From contig OX597821.1 of assembly GCA_951406725.2 (NCBI GenBank), positions 96,658,001 to 96,722,000 on the forward strand: a DNA stretch of 64,000 nucleotides. Reading direction: 5' to 3'. The position numbers were made by a program, and so were the translations under genes. Under the pieces are notes generated by a model. It made no database searches and was not told the DNA's origin. It saw only the letters and a list, made by a program, of their open reading frames with translations. The stretch comes from Octopus vulgaris. Its lineage: Eukaryota. Below, in pieces: positions 11,898 through 27,188 of this stretch. How positions within the stretch are numbered: position 1 is the stretch's first letter; each line of letters begins with the position of its first letter.

Positions 11898-14448
11898 CGT
11901 GCGTAACATGCTCATTTAGTTCGGTAAACCTGCAAAGAATTTGTCCGGTATGCGAAAGCTACATGGTCCGATACGTCAATAGTTCTGTTTATCTTTTAGA
12001 TGCTGCATGGTCAAATGCTTAAGGGTTTTGCTTCGTAACTAAAACAGTCCGGGTTCGATTTCAATGTGTAGAATCTAGGATTTTTTTTCCTTTTTTCACT
12101 GTTTCTCAGATCTACGTGAAAACTTTGAATGAAAATGGGTAGAATAAAACTGAGCAGCATCACGTCGGTGAGACTACACCTGTATGTCAAAGGCCCAACT
12201 TTACCACACGCTGTTCCGTACTTACTTTGAAGATAACGTTAAGAGTATTCATATCTGTAGATTACACAGCCATTGACATACTCAATGAGGTATCTTAGCT
12301 CAAACTCGATGCTTCTACCTACGCAGATGTGTTTCCTTTTTGTTATGTGTAAAAATGGAGGAGAGATGGAAAGGATAAAAGGAAAGTTGTGCTGAAAAAG
12401 AAGCAGAAGCAGAAAAAGAAGAAGAAGAAGAATTTAGTATATTCGGTGCATAGCTCTTAATATACATATGCATACATTCGTGTGTGTGAGTGCTTGTATG
12501 TGCGTGTGTTTGTGCGTGTGTACTCAAACATATATGTCTGCGGGTTTAATCAAGAAGTCTCAAGGAAGTCTTGTCTATAAATGTGACAATGTTAATCTCG
12601 TATGGAGGTGTGAACCACTTAATATTATTTTTCTGTTATTATACTTGTATATTTGTATTCAAGTTCTATAGTAAATATTTCCAATTTCACTTTTCGTTAA
12701 CAATTTCATAGATATAAACATAGTATTTAACCCATCTGTAGTCTTCCTACGTTCTGTTCACACTTTTAATATTTTTAATATAAGCTTAAATTATCACCGG
12801 TTATCAATCTCCCACTAGGCAATCCGCTCCAGTATTGTATGTATTTGTCACATATTTTCTTGTTATCAATGTATATACATCAGCAATCAATCAGTCATAT
12901 CATTAAGCAATGGGAACAGCAGAATGTAAGTCAAAGTCTAACCTAATGTTCTCCACCAACTAACGCAAAGTGCATTGGAGTACTAAAAAGTAGTACAAAG
13001 TAGCAGTAAAACTCGCGACGTCGCACATAGATTCGCAGAAAACAAATTTAACTGAGGGAAATTTTTTAGAAGCTGTAATATTCTATAGGTCTCAAGTGTA
13101 TATCTTGATTTAAACTCCACATTTATGCTATAATTCATGTGTAGTGTGAGATGTTCCCAGTTAATGAGCACGGTAGCCGTTTAATTAATAACATTAGACT
13201 ATTTAGTCTCTTCGTAATTAGGACGTTTTATTATCATAATTTATTTTAGTTATGTAGTTTTTACTTTGTCTTATATATCATTTCATGCATGTTGTTTTTA
13301 CCTAGTTTTAGATAATTTTATATAAATGATTTTTAATCTAATTCCATTGTACTTTAATTTAAATTACTTTTTACTTCATTTTATGTTTTAATTAGCAATT
13401 TATTCGGTTAACTTATTTTATAATTTGGACTCTAATATTTATAGATATTGATCTATACTTGCCTTTTACAGTGTACTTGTTCATTGCTCGAGGATGTTGG
13501 TTATATGATATAATGTTCCAATAGGCTTGCTTTTGGTGTGGTTTCATATTGAATAAAAAACAAAGTATTCAGTAGTAGTAGCATATGTTTGAGGTCCTTG
13601 GTTTGCTGTTTCTTGGGTTGGTATTATCATGTCGAGTATCAGTGGTCGAATAGCTTCTTTCTTTGATAGGTTTAGTTCACTTGTTCTTTTGTATTATAAT
13701 TTTAGGGTTACAATGTCGTTTTGGGAGTAAGTTTTCTGTATTATAGATGCTCTTTTATGACTATAAGTTAAGACTGATTGTTTAATTTGATGTTGGGTTA
13801 ATTGACATACTGTACTAATGTTTCCCTCCTGCTGATTATCAATGATTCCCAGACAGCATTTGTGTTTTTAACGTTGTTGACACTGCTGGACTGAATGGGA
13901 TAGCCCAGGTGTCGAAACCATTGTGATATCAGTATGGCAGCTGATGACTGGAATATATATACGTGTCTCAATTCAAGAACTGAACTTTTTGGGTGATGTC
14001 CATATATGGCAAAACATTTGCTATGTTTTTGTATCCCCACAGGATCGTAGATAGAACCTGCTTTTTATATTATGTCCACGTACAAGCCTTTCATATGTCT
14101 TAACATCTCGTATATTTCTTATATATATTTTATTGATTTATATATTTTTTCTGTATACTATTTTTCACCCTTTATAATTGTGTAACTTATATTCGTGTAG
14201 TATATACCTAATGTGTATGTGTGTGCATATATATATGTGTGTGTACGAATGAGTGTATATATACGAGTGCAAGACTCTACCTGTTATACTTATCTCCTTC
14301 CTTCATACATATATGTATGTATATACGTTTTTATATCTTTAAGGGTAGATGTGTTTGACAGACAGGATGGTGTATTTGTGTATATACATATAAAACTCAC
14401 TTGTATATTCAAGTTTTGCGGCAAATGTGAATGTTTTATGGTTAAGCT

Positions 14449-14730
14449 TTTTGCGTATGTGTTATTATTTGTATATACGTCTATCCGCGTATGTATGTGC
14501 ATGTGCGTATAGACTACGTTTTGTATATCTGCGTATGTATGTGTATGTGTGTATAGAGATGTGTATATGAACATAATGATGTGTGCGTTTTTTGCGTATG
14601 TGTTTTTATTCGTATATACGTCTTTCCGCGTATGTATATGCATGTGCCTATAAACTACGTTTTGTATATCCGCGTATGTATGTGAGTGTGCGTGTAGAGA
14701 TGTGTATATGAGCGTAGTGATGCGTGTATG
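14449..14730. repeat. Tandem duplication, period about 141 bp
   Basis: ttgcgtatgtgtt.ttatt.gtatatacgtct.tccgcgtatg at about 14451 and 14592. Confidence 0.85.
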
Positions 14731-14971
14731 AGTATATATGCGTGTGTATATGCGTGTATGCATAGACATATACATGTATATATGTGTGTTCCTATGTATA
14801 TGTTCACGCGTGTGTGTATGTATATAGATATATGTACATGCATGTGTGTGCGTACATGTATGCATGTGTGTGTATGTGTACATATGCGGATTCTATGAAC
14901 AAAGTTTTACTCTCACCATGCCTATCGGAGTAATTTCCCTTTATTGAACGTTTTTTTTTCATAGCGTTTGT

Positions 14972-15040
14972 TTTAATAACTGATGAGATGCCGGAGTAGA
15001 CATCAACTCCGGATCCGAAACTCTGAATTTTATTATGACA
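14972..15040 (+). ncRNA. Hammerhead ribozyme-like motif
   Basis: taataa-CTGATGA(14980)-gat(g)ccggagt/actccggatc stem-c-GAAA(15017)-ctctgaatt-ttatta. Confidence 0.6.
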
Positions 15041-15125
15041 ACCTACTAATTGTCACATATTATATTTATAGATAAATTCCTCTATTTTACATAATATCGA
15101 GGTCTCATTCATTCTTTTGTTGTCA

Positions 15126-15212
<87 letters not shown>

Positions 15213-15230
15213 TATATATATATATATATA

Positions 15231-15645
15231 TACTCTTTTACTCTTTTACTTGTTTCAGTCATTTGACTGCGGCCATGCTGGAACATAGCCTTTATTCGAA
15301 GAAATCGACCCCAAGACTTATTCTTTGTAAGCCTAGTATTTATTCTATCGGTCTCTTTTGCCGAACCGCTAAGTTACGGGGACGTAAACACACAAGCATC
15401 TGTTGTCAAGCGATGTTGGTGGACAAACACAGACACACAAACATACACACACACACATGCACACACACACATATATATATACATATATATACGACGGGCT
15501 TCTTTAAGTTTCCGTCTACCAAATCAACTCATAAGGCTTTGGTCGGCCCAAGGCTATAGCAGAAGACACTTGCCCAAAGTGCCACGCAGTGGGACTGAAC
15601 CCGGAACCGTGTGGTTGGTAAGCAAGTTACTTACCACACAGCCAC
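15231..15645 (-). mobile_element. SINE family B
   Basis: Full reverse-complement copy with (ctctttta)n tail. Confidence 0.9.
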
Positions 15646-16094
15646 ATGTATTTATATATGCATATATGTACAAATACACACACACACACATACACACATT
15701 CTATATATTCATTTTAAATGATGTCAGTGATATCTAGTTACCAGAAACATACTGGTTTTATTGGTCACTAATATGTCCAGTGCATTAGTGACCAATGATT
15801 ATGTCAGCCAACGTTTCTTTGGTCATGTGAATATTCGTGGGCTGACAGAGCTAGTCGAGCACCTGTCTAAATAACTTGCGGTATTTACCGAATTTCTATT
15901 CTATGTAAATATGTGAAGAAGTGGGCAGAGAGTGAGGTGACTTAGCCTTTTCATCTCCCAACCTCACCGTGGATGAAAGACGTACTTGTAATATACTGCG
16001 TGTTCTAATCGATTCTACCGATATTGATTATATCTAACTTTGATCTAAAATATCTATCTTTGTGTTGTGATAAAATAGAAAATCAATACTTACT

Positions 16095-16560
<466 letters not shown>

Positions 16561-17639
16561 AGTATTTATTGTAGGAGTGGTGGTAGTAGATGCGAAGTCA
16601 TCCTGCCTTAAAACCGAATGTAAAAAAAAAAAAATATTTAAATTTGTCGTTAGCTATCACAGAACTCTTACTAACACCCTCAACCACACACACACAGACA
16701 TACATACACACATACATACATACACATATACACACATATACACAAACACACAGACATAAACTCAATCTCACTTTTACACTAACACTCACACAGATATACT
16801 CAGTATGACACACATTCTCACGATCGTGCACACACACACATACATATACACATAAAAAAACGTTGTCATGTTCACACCATTCTACACACACACACACACA
16901 CACACACATACTCACACACACGCTTACACACACACATACACACACACACGCTCACACACACACACACTCACTTTCACACACGCAGATTCAGAAACGTAGA
17001 TTTCACAAGCATACGTACACACCATCACAGACATTATCACCCATCTCACACGCATACACACTATAATGCACTTACACTCACAGACGCAGCTACACAAACA
17101 CTCGCACACGCACGCACACACACTATCGAATATTAAGAACATACACGCTCCCACCATCACGCACTTGTCACTGCTACACGCTTTCATCATACTCTTACTC
17201 AAATATCAAATATACCTGCACACAAATTATTGCACACACACTCACACACACGCACGCACATACTCTATCCACACACGTCCTAGCATACGCCTCACACACA
17301 CGCACACACATCTCGCAGGCATACAACACTCAAATATCTACGTACATGTCCCAGCAGACACAGACACACACTTGCGCATACGACGACGTCTCGATGTGTA
17401 TTTTTGTGTGTAGGTATTTACATATTCATAAGGCGAGCTTTGGTTGGTACCTCGGGGGTGCGGGTGATCTGGTATATTAGTGGATTGTGGATTGTTCAGT
17501 TTGTTGACCATCCTGTAATGCATAATCAATCTTCAGATGATGGAACACTTTTCGGTCACCATAGAAACGATGTTACAAAATCAAATACACACAGCAACAT
17601 CCCTGCGTATGCTCATTAGGGAACATTCTATTGTTTGCG

Positions 17640-17990
<351 letters not shown>

Positions 17991-18395
17991 CATATTTTAT
18001 ATCGCAATTGTTTTGTATTCGTGTGTGAATACAATGGACTCCCAGGTCGATATCATGAAACATATGCGCATAAATGATAACACAATTACACACACATACA
18101 TACTGGCATTCACACATACACGCAAAAGCGCATGTAGTCATATACATATATATGTAAAAACAAAGCGGAAAAACGAAACTGAGTGTAAAAAAAATCCCTG
18201 AAATTGCCCCACTCCTTTTAAAGAGATCGAGATACTTGTATGAAACATCACAGACAAAATACAGATGTCTTCGGCAATAAAATACACATATGAAATTAGA
18301 ATTAGAATTAAGACCAGGAAAATCTTAAATTTTCAGAGAATGCCTAATACCTCTATATTACATTATAAGACACACTCGAAAAATTCAGCAATAAT

Positions 18396-18845
18396 AGTGG
18401 CTGTGTGGTAAGTAGCTTGCTTACCAACCACATGGTTCCGGGTTCAGTCCCACTGCTTGGCACTTTGGGCAGGTGTCTTCTACTATAGCCTCCTGCCGAC
18501 CAAAGCCTTGTGAGTGGATTTGGTAGACGGAAACTGAAAGAAGCTCGTCGTATATATGTGTATATATATATATATATATATCTATGTGTGTGTGTGTGTG
18601 TGTATGTATATGTATGTGTATGTGTGTTTGTTTGTGTGTCTGTGTTTGTCCCCCCAACATCGCTTGACAACCGATGCTGATGTGTTTACGTCCTCGTAAC
18701 TTAGCGGCTCGGCAAAAGAGAACCGATAGAATAAGTACTGCGCTTACAAAGAATAAGTCATGGGGTCGATTTGCACGACAAAAGGCGCTGCTCCAGCATG
18801 GCCACAGTCAAATGACTGAAACCGGTAAAAGAGTAAAAGAGTAAA
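18396..18845 (+). mobile_element. SINE family B
   Basis: Full copy with tail gtaaaaga repeated. Confidence 0.9.
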
Positions 18846-18949
18846 CTGCATAACAAAACATACAAACGTCAAACCAGAAGATATGCAATACAATAAACAG
18901 ACAAGTAAAAGAATTTGCACCAAAATTACAAATAGAAGACAATGAATTC

Positions 18950-20200
18950 CTAATAAAAAGAGAAAAGTATCTAACACTGAAGGATCAAAACTTTAACGTT
19001 TTAGTAGACCCTAAATACAGATTAATAAACAACAAGAAAGATAAGTAGGTGCCAGGAAGCATCAGCTTTAAAATAAGTCAAAAAACTCGTACGTGTACAT
19101 TAGAGCAATAATATACTCAGTATTGACTGTTTCCAGCAAATAAAAGACAAAAACGTAGTATAAATTCATAATATTCGATCACGTTGATTATTCATCTATC
19201 TATCAGAAAACTCCTACACAAGTTTTCTACGGGAGGTTATTCACCATCAAAGAATAACAAATGAATATATTTGTGCATGTAGAAAGTGCCTTCTCTTCCA
19301 TTTCTCACCTTGGGTATAAAAAGAAAGGGATTAACTCCTCAACGGAGCTGAGATATGCAAATATGTGCTATACATTCTTGAACAAATGAGTAAATTATCT
19401 ATGAAATCCAGTTTAGATCTAAAAGGAGATTATGACTTTGTCATCTCACAACATATAGATGGACATAAATTAGATGAATTTGATATGAACGTAATGAAGG
19501 TCTGTAAATTATTTCGATATAGCATTATATCTAAACACTGGAAAACATTACCAACACAGAAAACCAAACGATCTGTGTTCATATATAGGTATACATTCTA
19601 ACTATCTGCCATCGATAATCAAAACTTCAGTCCGTAATACAAAATAATTATATGACCATAGAATTATACGACCAAATTGCAACCTATTCTATATGAAAGT
19701 CTTAAAACCATAAGATTCAAAGACAAACTCTAATATAACCAAAACCTCACAAAATCAGCATAAAGCAAACATTATCAGAAAAAGCAAAATCGGTTGGTTC
19801 AGTCAATCTTTCAGCCTAAACATAAGATCAAATATAACACGCCTTCTTAATATGTATTAGTAAACACTTCCCAACCAAACATACATTCCACAAATGTTCA
19901 ACAGGAATTATATGAAAATTAGCTACAGTTGCATGAAAAATATAACACTTCATACAATCATTAAACTACAGAACACTAAGGAACAAACACGAAAAAGAAG
20001 TACATTAGTGTTCCGAGGAAACACTTTAAAAATACAACACACGAATTCGTTGTGAAATATGCCTTAATTTAAGCATATCTTGTAGTTAAAAGAAAACACT
20101 ATAGCCGCAAACGTAAAATGGGAAATTATAAGACTGTACTATAAATCAAATCTCTCCGAATTTTGCTGCATGCATCACAGTGGACTACATAAGACCCTAA
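18950..20200 (+). mobile_element. Decayed Penelope-like element (RT remnants, Naiad-like motif set)
   Basis: Frameshifted fragments LKDQ..DPKYRLIN, KFIIFD, GAEIC, IGWFSQSFSLN, KHFP, FNRNYMKISYSCMKN match PLE RT and linker motifs. Confidence 0.75.
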
Positions 20201-20899
20201 ATAAGGGGCAATGAGATAATTTCAATGCTTAACTGCATGCTTAAAGTATTAGAAAGGTGAGAAGTAGTGTCTATAATGTTTCTACAGGGGCTTTCGTGAA
20301 TGGTGGAAGAAATAAATGAATGTATCCTCAAGCTGGTGACCTGGCCTGAATATTTGCAACAAAGTAAATTCCGCTTAAGGACAGCCAAGATGCCAAGTGG
20401 GGTTATTATATTGAAATAAGAGTAGTTTACCACCCTAGTAGGTCAAGTACAATTCGAATTCAGAACGCAAATTCCAGAACAAATGCCAGAACAAATGCCG
20501 CAAGGCATCTGGTTTGACATTCTTACATTTCGGATGAAAAGTAGTGATGGTTTTTACGGGATTTGAACTGGGGGCACAGGGAATGGAAACTAATACTATT
20601 TTTAGGGGTCTTCTAACCTGGATCTTACAGTGGACTTTGCTGATTGTACTGTTTTCTTTCTGTCTCTATACTTTGTTAAATAGTATGGTAATGTTCCTTA
20701 TCATAGTGCTACAAGAGTGTAGAGACTGGCGGTATCGGATCTTGAAGTTGTTAGTTGTGAGGCTTATGTAGCATTTGGAAGTGTTATTGCTGATTACCAT
20801 ATATTGATACGTAATGTCTCAGGCATTTAGAGCTAAGGGCAACACTGGTAACTTAATGTTTTCTCACAAAGAAAAATACAACTAGCTTTTCATAAATAA

Positions 20900-21370
20900 T
20901 CTTATGTTGACGCATTGGGATAATTTCCTGAAACGATGCTTATTGCCAAAGCAGAGCATTTTTTAAAGAATAAATGAGCAATGAATCACAGTGCGCATTT
21001 GATGCTGTATTGCTTAGAAATTTCAAGACATGTAATTACATTAGTTAGTTGGATATAGCTGGAGGAAATAGACGGTTGAAACACGAGGTAACAAGAAAAT
21101 ATGACGAAACATTTGAAAAAAATTTGCGAACGAAAATAGATAATAAATTTCATCTGCATTATAAATTTGATCTAACAGCCGATCAAATCTAAATACGAAT
21201 ATGAAACAGGGGTTTACTGAAAGTGTTTGCCTTCAGAAACTTTGGCTGGGAAACAAGAAAGACATGCAATGAATTTAAGCTTAGTTAGGAAAGATTAACC
21301 AATGCAAATTTTCGATTGACAAGCAGTGCAGCAGATGATACAGAATTCATGGAAATGAACGAAGTAATTA
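20900..21370 (+). mobile_element. Tigger/pogo-type transposase remnant
   Basis: About 21170-21235 reads DLTADQI*..ETGVY*KCLP, resembling the IYNADETGLFWKCLP DDE motif. Confidence 0.55.
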
Positions 21371-21818
21371 TTTATTCATTCTAGTCTATTTTGTATTTTG
21401 TGTGAAACTATTTCGTTAATAAACTAAAAATAAATAATCAATTTGTAGGAAATAATTTGAGCTTTCATTTTGTTAACTGTATTTTTGCTTTACAATGTTC
21501 GTTTTTATTCAGTTTCAAGTATTACAGGATTTTTTGTTTTGTATTGAAAACTGTTAGTTTATATATTTTTCAAGTGTTAACTTAATTTTTCTTGAAAACT
21601 GTTCGTTTTGATAAATGAAGTATGCTATGTTTGCTGATGAATAAACTATAACAATATATCTATTGTTTATTCCGTCTTAAATACGAGCTTCTAAGATGCT
21701 ACCCGATAATCCGAAAATTTCAAAGACCAGGATCCTCCCCCCCCCTCCACCACTTTCTTCCTTTTCTCCTTCCTCCTCTTCACTTTCCCCTCCTCACTTT
21801 ACTCCTCCTCCTGTTTCC

Positions 21819-21872
<54 letters not shown>

Positions 21873-22178
21873 GGAGGTGAAATGGCTCAGTGGTTAGAAC
21901 AGCGGACTCGCGGTCGGAGGAGCGCGGTTTCGATTCCCAGACCGAGTGTTGTATGTGTTTATTGAGCGAAAACACCTAAAAGCTCCACGAGGCTCCGACA
22001 GGGGGTGGTGGTGACTCCTGTTGTACTCTTTCGCCACAACTTTCTCTCACTCTCTCTTCCTGTTTCATGAGTAACGCTGCGATGGACTGGCGTCCCATCC
22101 AGCTGGGGGGAACACATACGCCACAGAAACGAGGAAACCGGGCCCATGAGCCTTGCTAGGCTTGAAAAGGGTGACTTT
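21873..22178 (+). mobile_element. SINE family C (tRNA head 1 plus tail Y) inside (ATT)n
   Basis: tggctcagtggttagaacagcggactcgcgg...tttcgattccc tRNA-like head; tail gctgcgatggactggcgtcccatccag; (ATT)n on both sides. Confidence 0.9.
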
Positions 22179-22215
22179 TTTATTATTATTATCATCATCA
22201 TTATTATTATTATTA

Positions 22216-22298
<83 letters not shown>

Positions 22299-22857
22299 TA
22301 TTTCCATTTTTTTATTTACTTCTCCAAAAGAACATTGGAGAAGGCTCCTGCTAACACGGGGTCACTTAACTCCAGCGATTCAATTGGTTACCAGTAGCAG
22401 GAATCGCTGTAGAATAGACTTATACTGACGCATACCATATCGGCGATCTACAGTCGTATGAAGGAATACTGCCATAAAGATGTGGGCTGATTCATGGGTC
22501 AGCTGATCAAAAAAATACATACGGGCACTTTTGGTTGTACGACAGGCCAATACGAGAAATGTAGTCGGAGCGCTGTGGTGTTAGTAATAACTTCTCATCT
22601 CACCTGTATGTGGGTGGCTTATATTAGTACCTATTTACATATATTTCTATGTAAATATATGTATGTGCGCAAGTATGTAAGTATGTATATTTGCATATTG
22701 TCTTATGTGCATTTATTAATATCAAATTTCTAACGTTTACCCATTGTGTAACATCCTTACCTCTCCCCCTCGTTTTATATAACTATATTTCCATAAATCC
22801 CACGAGCTCTTCTGTAAACCTTCTTGTAATATGTTTTATTCTAAGTACGAAAGGACA

Positions 22858-22950
22858 TTCTTCTTCTTCTTCTTCTTCTTCTTCTTCTTCTTCTTCTTCT
22901 TCTTCTTCTGCTTCTTCTTCTTCTTCTTCTTCTTCTTCTTCTCCTTCTTC
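22858..22950. repeat. (TTC)n microsatellite
   Basis: Direct tandem repeat. Confidence 0.95.
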
Positions 22951-23479
22951 TTTCTGCTGTGTTCTCCATCTTCCTTAAACTTCATGCTTCCTTCTGTCAT
23001 CTGCTTTCTTGAGACTAAAATTTAATATTCTAACTTCATTCATTTCTATCCATTTTAATCCTTTCTGTCTCTCTCTCTCCCTGGCTTCACATTTTCTCAA
23101 TATAGTCTTGTTGTCACGACGACACACGTGACTTGTGACGTAAGAGAGAGAAAAAAACTTTATCATCTTCGTTGTTGCTAGTTTATATGTTCTTTTATTT
23201 TTTATTTTGTGTCTTCTCGTCTCTCTTCTAACATTAATATCGGATTCCATTTAAAGAAATTAATACTCGCCACTTGAGAGCCGAGAGTCACGTGGTCGCG
23301 AACGACCATAGTAAAAAGATATAACTAAAAGTGAATAAAATAATAAATACAAATAAGTAGATAACTGAATATGGTGAAAGGAATCAAGAAGAATGCTTGT
23401 TGTGATGAAATCAAAGAGGCAGCAGCTTTTACAGTTAAGAGCTGTCTTGAGGATAGTAAAAATAAATGATGAGAAAGAT

Positions 23480-23559
23480 AACAACTGCAACAACAACAAC
23501 AACAACAACAGCAACAATCACAAAATAATAATAAAAATAAAAATAATAATAATAATAAC

Positions 23560-23600
<41 letters not shown>

Positions 23601-23625
23601 TAATAATTAATAAAAATAACAATAA

Positions 23626-23667
<42 letters not shown>

Positions 23668-23836
23668 TAATAACAATAATAATAATAATAACGATAATAA
23701 TAATAATAATAACAATAATAATAATAATAATAATAACAATAATAATAATAATAATAACAATAATAATAATAATAACAATAATAATAATAATAATAATAAT
23801 AATAACGATAATAATAATAAAAATAAAAATAATAAC

Positions 23837-23868
<32 letters not shown>

Positions 23869-23975
23869 TGATGATGATGATGATGATGAAAATAATAATA
23901 ACAACAACAACAGCAACAACAACAACAACAACAACAATAATAATAATGATAATAATAATAATATTAATAATAATA
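23480..23975. repeat. (AAT)/(AAC)/(GAT) compound microsatellite
   Basis: About 500 bp of trinucleotide repeat. Confidence 0.95.
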
Positions 23976-23979
23976 AACT

Positions 23980-24790
23980 TTATTAGCCACAGGAACCGAA
24001 AAATGTAGGACAATACAAAGACAAAAGACTGGAGATTTGCATATACTCGTGTAAACGATAATATACTAACAATTAACAAGAAAATTGGTAACCATAAAAT
24101 TTTCCAGCGGGGGAATCTATCATCCAGGGACAACCAAGGAACCCACCACCACCATCACCATTAATCTTGGATCACTCCGATCACTAGGATCACCACAAAG
24201 AGGCGCTCCTCTCCGATCCGTTCTCTCCAGCCTGCAAGCGCAAGCTCAGAGTAAGCCGATTCACTTGGGCCAAACTCATTACATTCAGCCTCGTTTAAAT
24301 TTTTTTTTTTTGTGGTTGTAGGAGCTCGAAAGTACAATAGGATATCGATAATTAGGTACAATACAAAGCCTGGGCATTTACGTAGGAAGCGTGTAAATGG
24401 GGAAGATGACAAAAATAAGGAATATAATAAAAACGCTACGGAAGAAAATTTCCGAAAGGGAAAACGAAATCTAGAGCTGTCCCAGACATCCAAACATTCT
24501 AGATCAACATAAACACATAGCAATAATAATCCATTCTTTATTTTTCATAAAGCATCAAAAATAACAAATTAGAAAAAAATACATTCGCTCTTCACTAGGC
24601 GTTAGCTCACCCGAATAACCCTAACGAACAAGAGCGAATTTCCACATCCTCTTGTGTCTTCTATTCGGCAGGTGCATGTTGTTATTAGGCCAACCCATTA
24701 GAGTCTTAGAGTCATTCTGCACACTCTCACCTACCTTTCGGCAAATTTACTAGAAGGCAGCATTTCCCACTTCACCTGAGGCTCGAAAAT
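23980..24790 (-). mobile_element. Two probable Tx1/L1-type LINE 3' end fragments
   Basis: Reverse complements of about 24710-24780 and 24120-24170 resemble 31730-31810 and 31880-31920 of the Tx1 element. Confidence 0.5.
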
Positions 24791-25016
24791 TTTGATGCTG
24801 TTTAATTCTAAGGATAATGTGTATGTATTTAGTCCTTTCACAGTTACCTATATACAACCTCTCGCTGCTCTCTATATATTTTCTATCCTCGTAATCACCA
24901 GAGAAAATGTTTACCTTTCCTGGCTGAATTAAGACGGCAACGTGATGCCTGCAATATACTCAGCTGATATATGGATATATTCTTCACATGACTAGGGTTC
25001 ATTATAAAACCAGAAG

Positions 25017-25270
25017 TTAACAGTGCTCAAACACTAAACGAATGCATATAAGACGATTTCGTCTCTTTCCGTACGTTTCGAGCCTTCTCAAAGCAGGGCC
25101 ATGTCTGTAGCGTTTAGCCCAAGCCGATAATGCTCCACCTCTCGTTATCACCGTCAAACAATAAATTTTTGAAAGCTGCTTTTGGCCACTGAGCAGATGC
25201 CATTCTACGTTGAAGTGTTCCGGACCCTGAAAGCCGAAACCGTTTGTTCTTAGGACAGTTACCAATTACT
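25017..25270 (-). mobile_element. CR1/L2-group LINE C-terminal remnant
   Basis: NGFGFQGPEHFN resembles the NS.GF.GP.LFN motif also seen near 60430. Confidence 0.45.
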
Positions 25271-25529
25271 AATAGTCAACTCTCAGGAGTTGATAAAGGA
25301 AGTTTTATTCTGCTGCAGTCAGTTTATTACTCATCAATAGAATGCGTTAGAAATTTGTCGTTTATTACCCATCAATAGAATATGTTAGAAATTGTTAGAA
25401 ATTGCACTCTCCCGAAAAAACTAAAGACAACAATTGCCACTATTTATTTACACCTTTAGACAAAATTTCTAAAACGTTTCATTCAACAGATAAGTTAAAT
25501 GGAAATTGTCTACGAACGCGTTTTTACTC

Positions 25530-26110
25530 AGAATCGTGACCGCTCATTTTTCGGTTGATGCAACTGGGAATGCTCCCACTCAGCTAACAGTTGCGATAGA
25601 CGTCCTTCTAGAGAAAGGTGAACATGCCTGATATGTATCCACAAAGCTCGTAGGTAGGGCAAACCACCCAAACCAGATAATTCGCAACACACGTGACCAC
25701 GATTGACTGACAACCTTATTTCAGCTACCTTGTCCTCGAGTTGACAACGTTCCTAATTTTCCCCTTCGCAAAAATCAAATGCCGATGTCCATTTAAAGTG
25801 ACGAATTCTTCTGTACCATCCTTGTGGCCTCGGCTAATGGTATTATCTTCTTTATACTGGTGAGGACGGTGGTGATAATCATAGTGTTTTCTGTGACGGC
25901 ACTGGGTGTGGAGACACTACTGCTACAAGTAGCTGCGCGAGCAATTGTCTCCATCGTTAGATCTGGATGCGTTTCAGTGCAACTGCGGTTGCTGATGATG
26001 GCGGCGGAAGTGCTACTGCTGCTGTTGTTCCTATTGCCATTGCAGTAAAATATTTGGTGTTCTTGTCGTCATTATTTTGTTGTTGTGGTCAGGCCTAACG
26101 ACGGGGAAAG
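25530..26110 (-). mobile_element. Possible Tx1-type ORF1 remnant
   Basis: Low-complexity T/P/Q-rich leader like 29400-29600 and a decayed knuckle-like segment near 25620-25680. Confidence 0.35.
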
Positions 26111-26119
26111 TAGTTGCAA

Positions 26120-26500
26120 GGACAAGTACAAGATTAAAAGATGGATTGCAAAAAATGGTGCCCCAGGAAGCGTTTCAAAGACCTGTTAAAACATCAGTTC
26201 ACCCAGGTAGGGATAGACCCAGCAGTTTGGGAGGGAGTCGCAGCATAGAGAAAGATGTAGTGATACAGCGTCCAGACCGTTGTAAGCTATTTTGAGAGGG
26301 TCAGAGCAACGGCAGCAGATTAAAGACGTCACAAAGAAGGAAAGAGTCAGTGTCACGTTTCCTCCCCACCACATCTGACCGAAGGCTACGTATTTGTCCT
26401 AAGCGCTCCAGAGTCGATCCCTCCAGTATCAGCTTACATAACAACCCACCTGAGGGTTTGTGGCACTTCCTCATGGTCTTCAGACATGAAGAACTGCCAT
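26120..26500 (+). mobile_element. RTE LINE 3' end
   Basis: Frameshifted GAPRKRFKDLLKHQFTQVGIDP..WEGVA, then a CPK..R C2H2-like remnant and catggtcttcagacatgaagaactgccat terminus. Confidence 0.8.
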
Positions 26501-26855
26501 ACATATATATGCATCTTCAGTATGTACATTGTATACATTGTGTGGCACCTAGAACGCCAACTTAAAGTAATGGTAATAACTTCATCAGATTAGAGTGGAA
26601 TGGTTTACTTAGTTTGTAGAAATATCTATATATTTATTGTGACGCAAGGAAAAATGTATTTATATATGTCCAATACTGACACATTTTTTTTACTTACCAA
26701 ATATCTTAAAACCTATAGTAAAGTTTTTAAAAAGAAAATTCTGTAACCGCATATACATATCGGGTATGTGAAAATACTCATTTTTGAATGTAAATATCTA
26801 CTTATTTACTCGTAGTCGCACCAAATTTCATGCCATGAATACATGTAATAAGACA

Positions 26856-26949
<94 letters not shown>

Positions 26950-27062
26950 GTAAGTAATTTGTATCCGTGCTAATGTATTGAATGTGTGTATAGATTCACA
27001 CAACTTCACAAACACACATGCATCTACACAAAACAACCGCATAGTAACATATCCATGTAGAG

Positions 27063-27111
<49 letters not shown>

Positions 27112-27129
27112 TATATATGCATATATATA

Positions 27130-27188
<59 letters not shown>

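Noticed and set aside
13900-13960. gtcgaaacc...ctgatgac as a permuted hammerhead
   Set aside because: No stem I, and stem II does not pair in register.
13400-14120. Possible decayed LINE C-terminus on the minus strand
   Set aside because: Coding-like composition but no diagnostic motif I can name.
20320-20385. HHR-like remnant after the PLE (ctggtga with cctcaag/cttaagg)
   Set aside because: Position fits a PLE HHR, but the core and GAAA are lost; too degenerate to call.
21873-21950. tRNA gene-like sequence (also about 51085-51158, 51406-51475, 54404-54467)
   Set aside because: Imperfect cloverleaf, continuous with SINE or PLE bodies; tRNA-derived heads rather than functional tRNAs.
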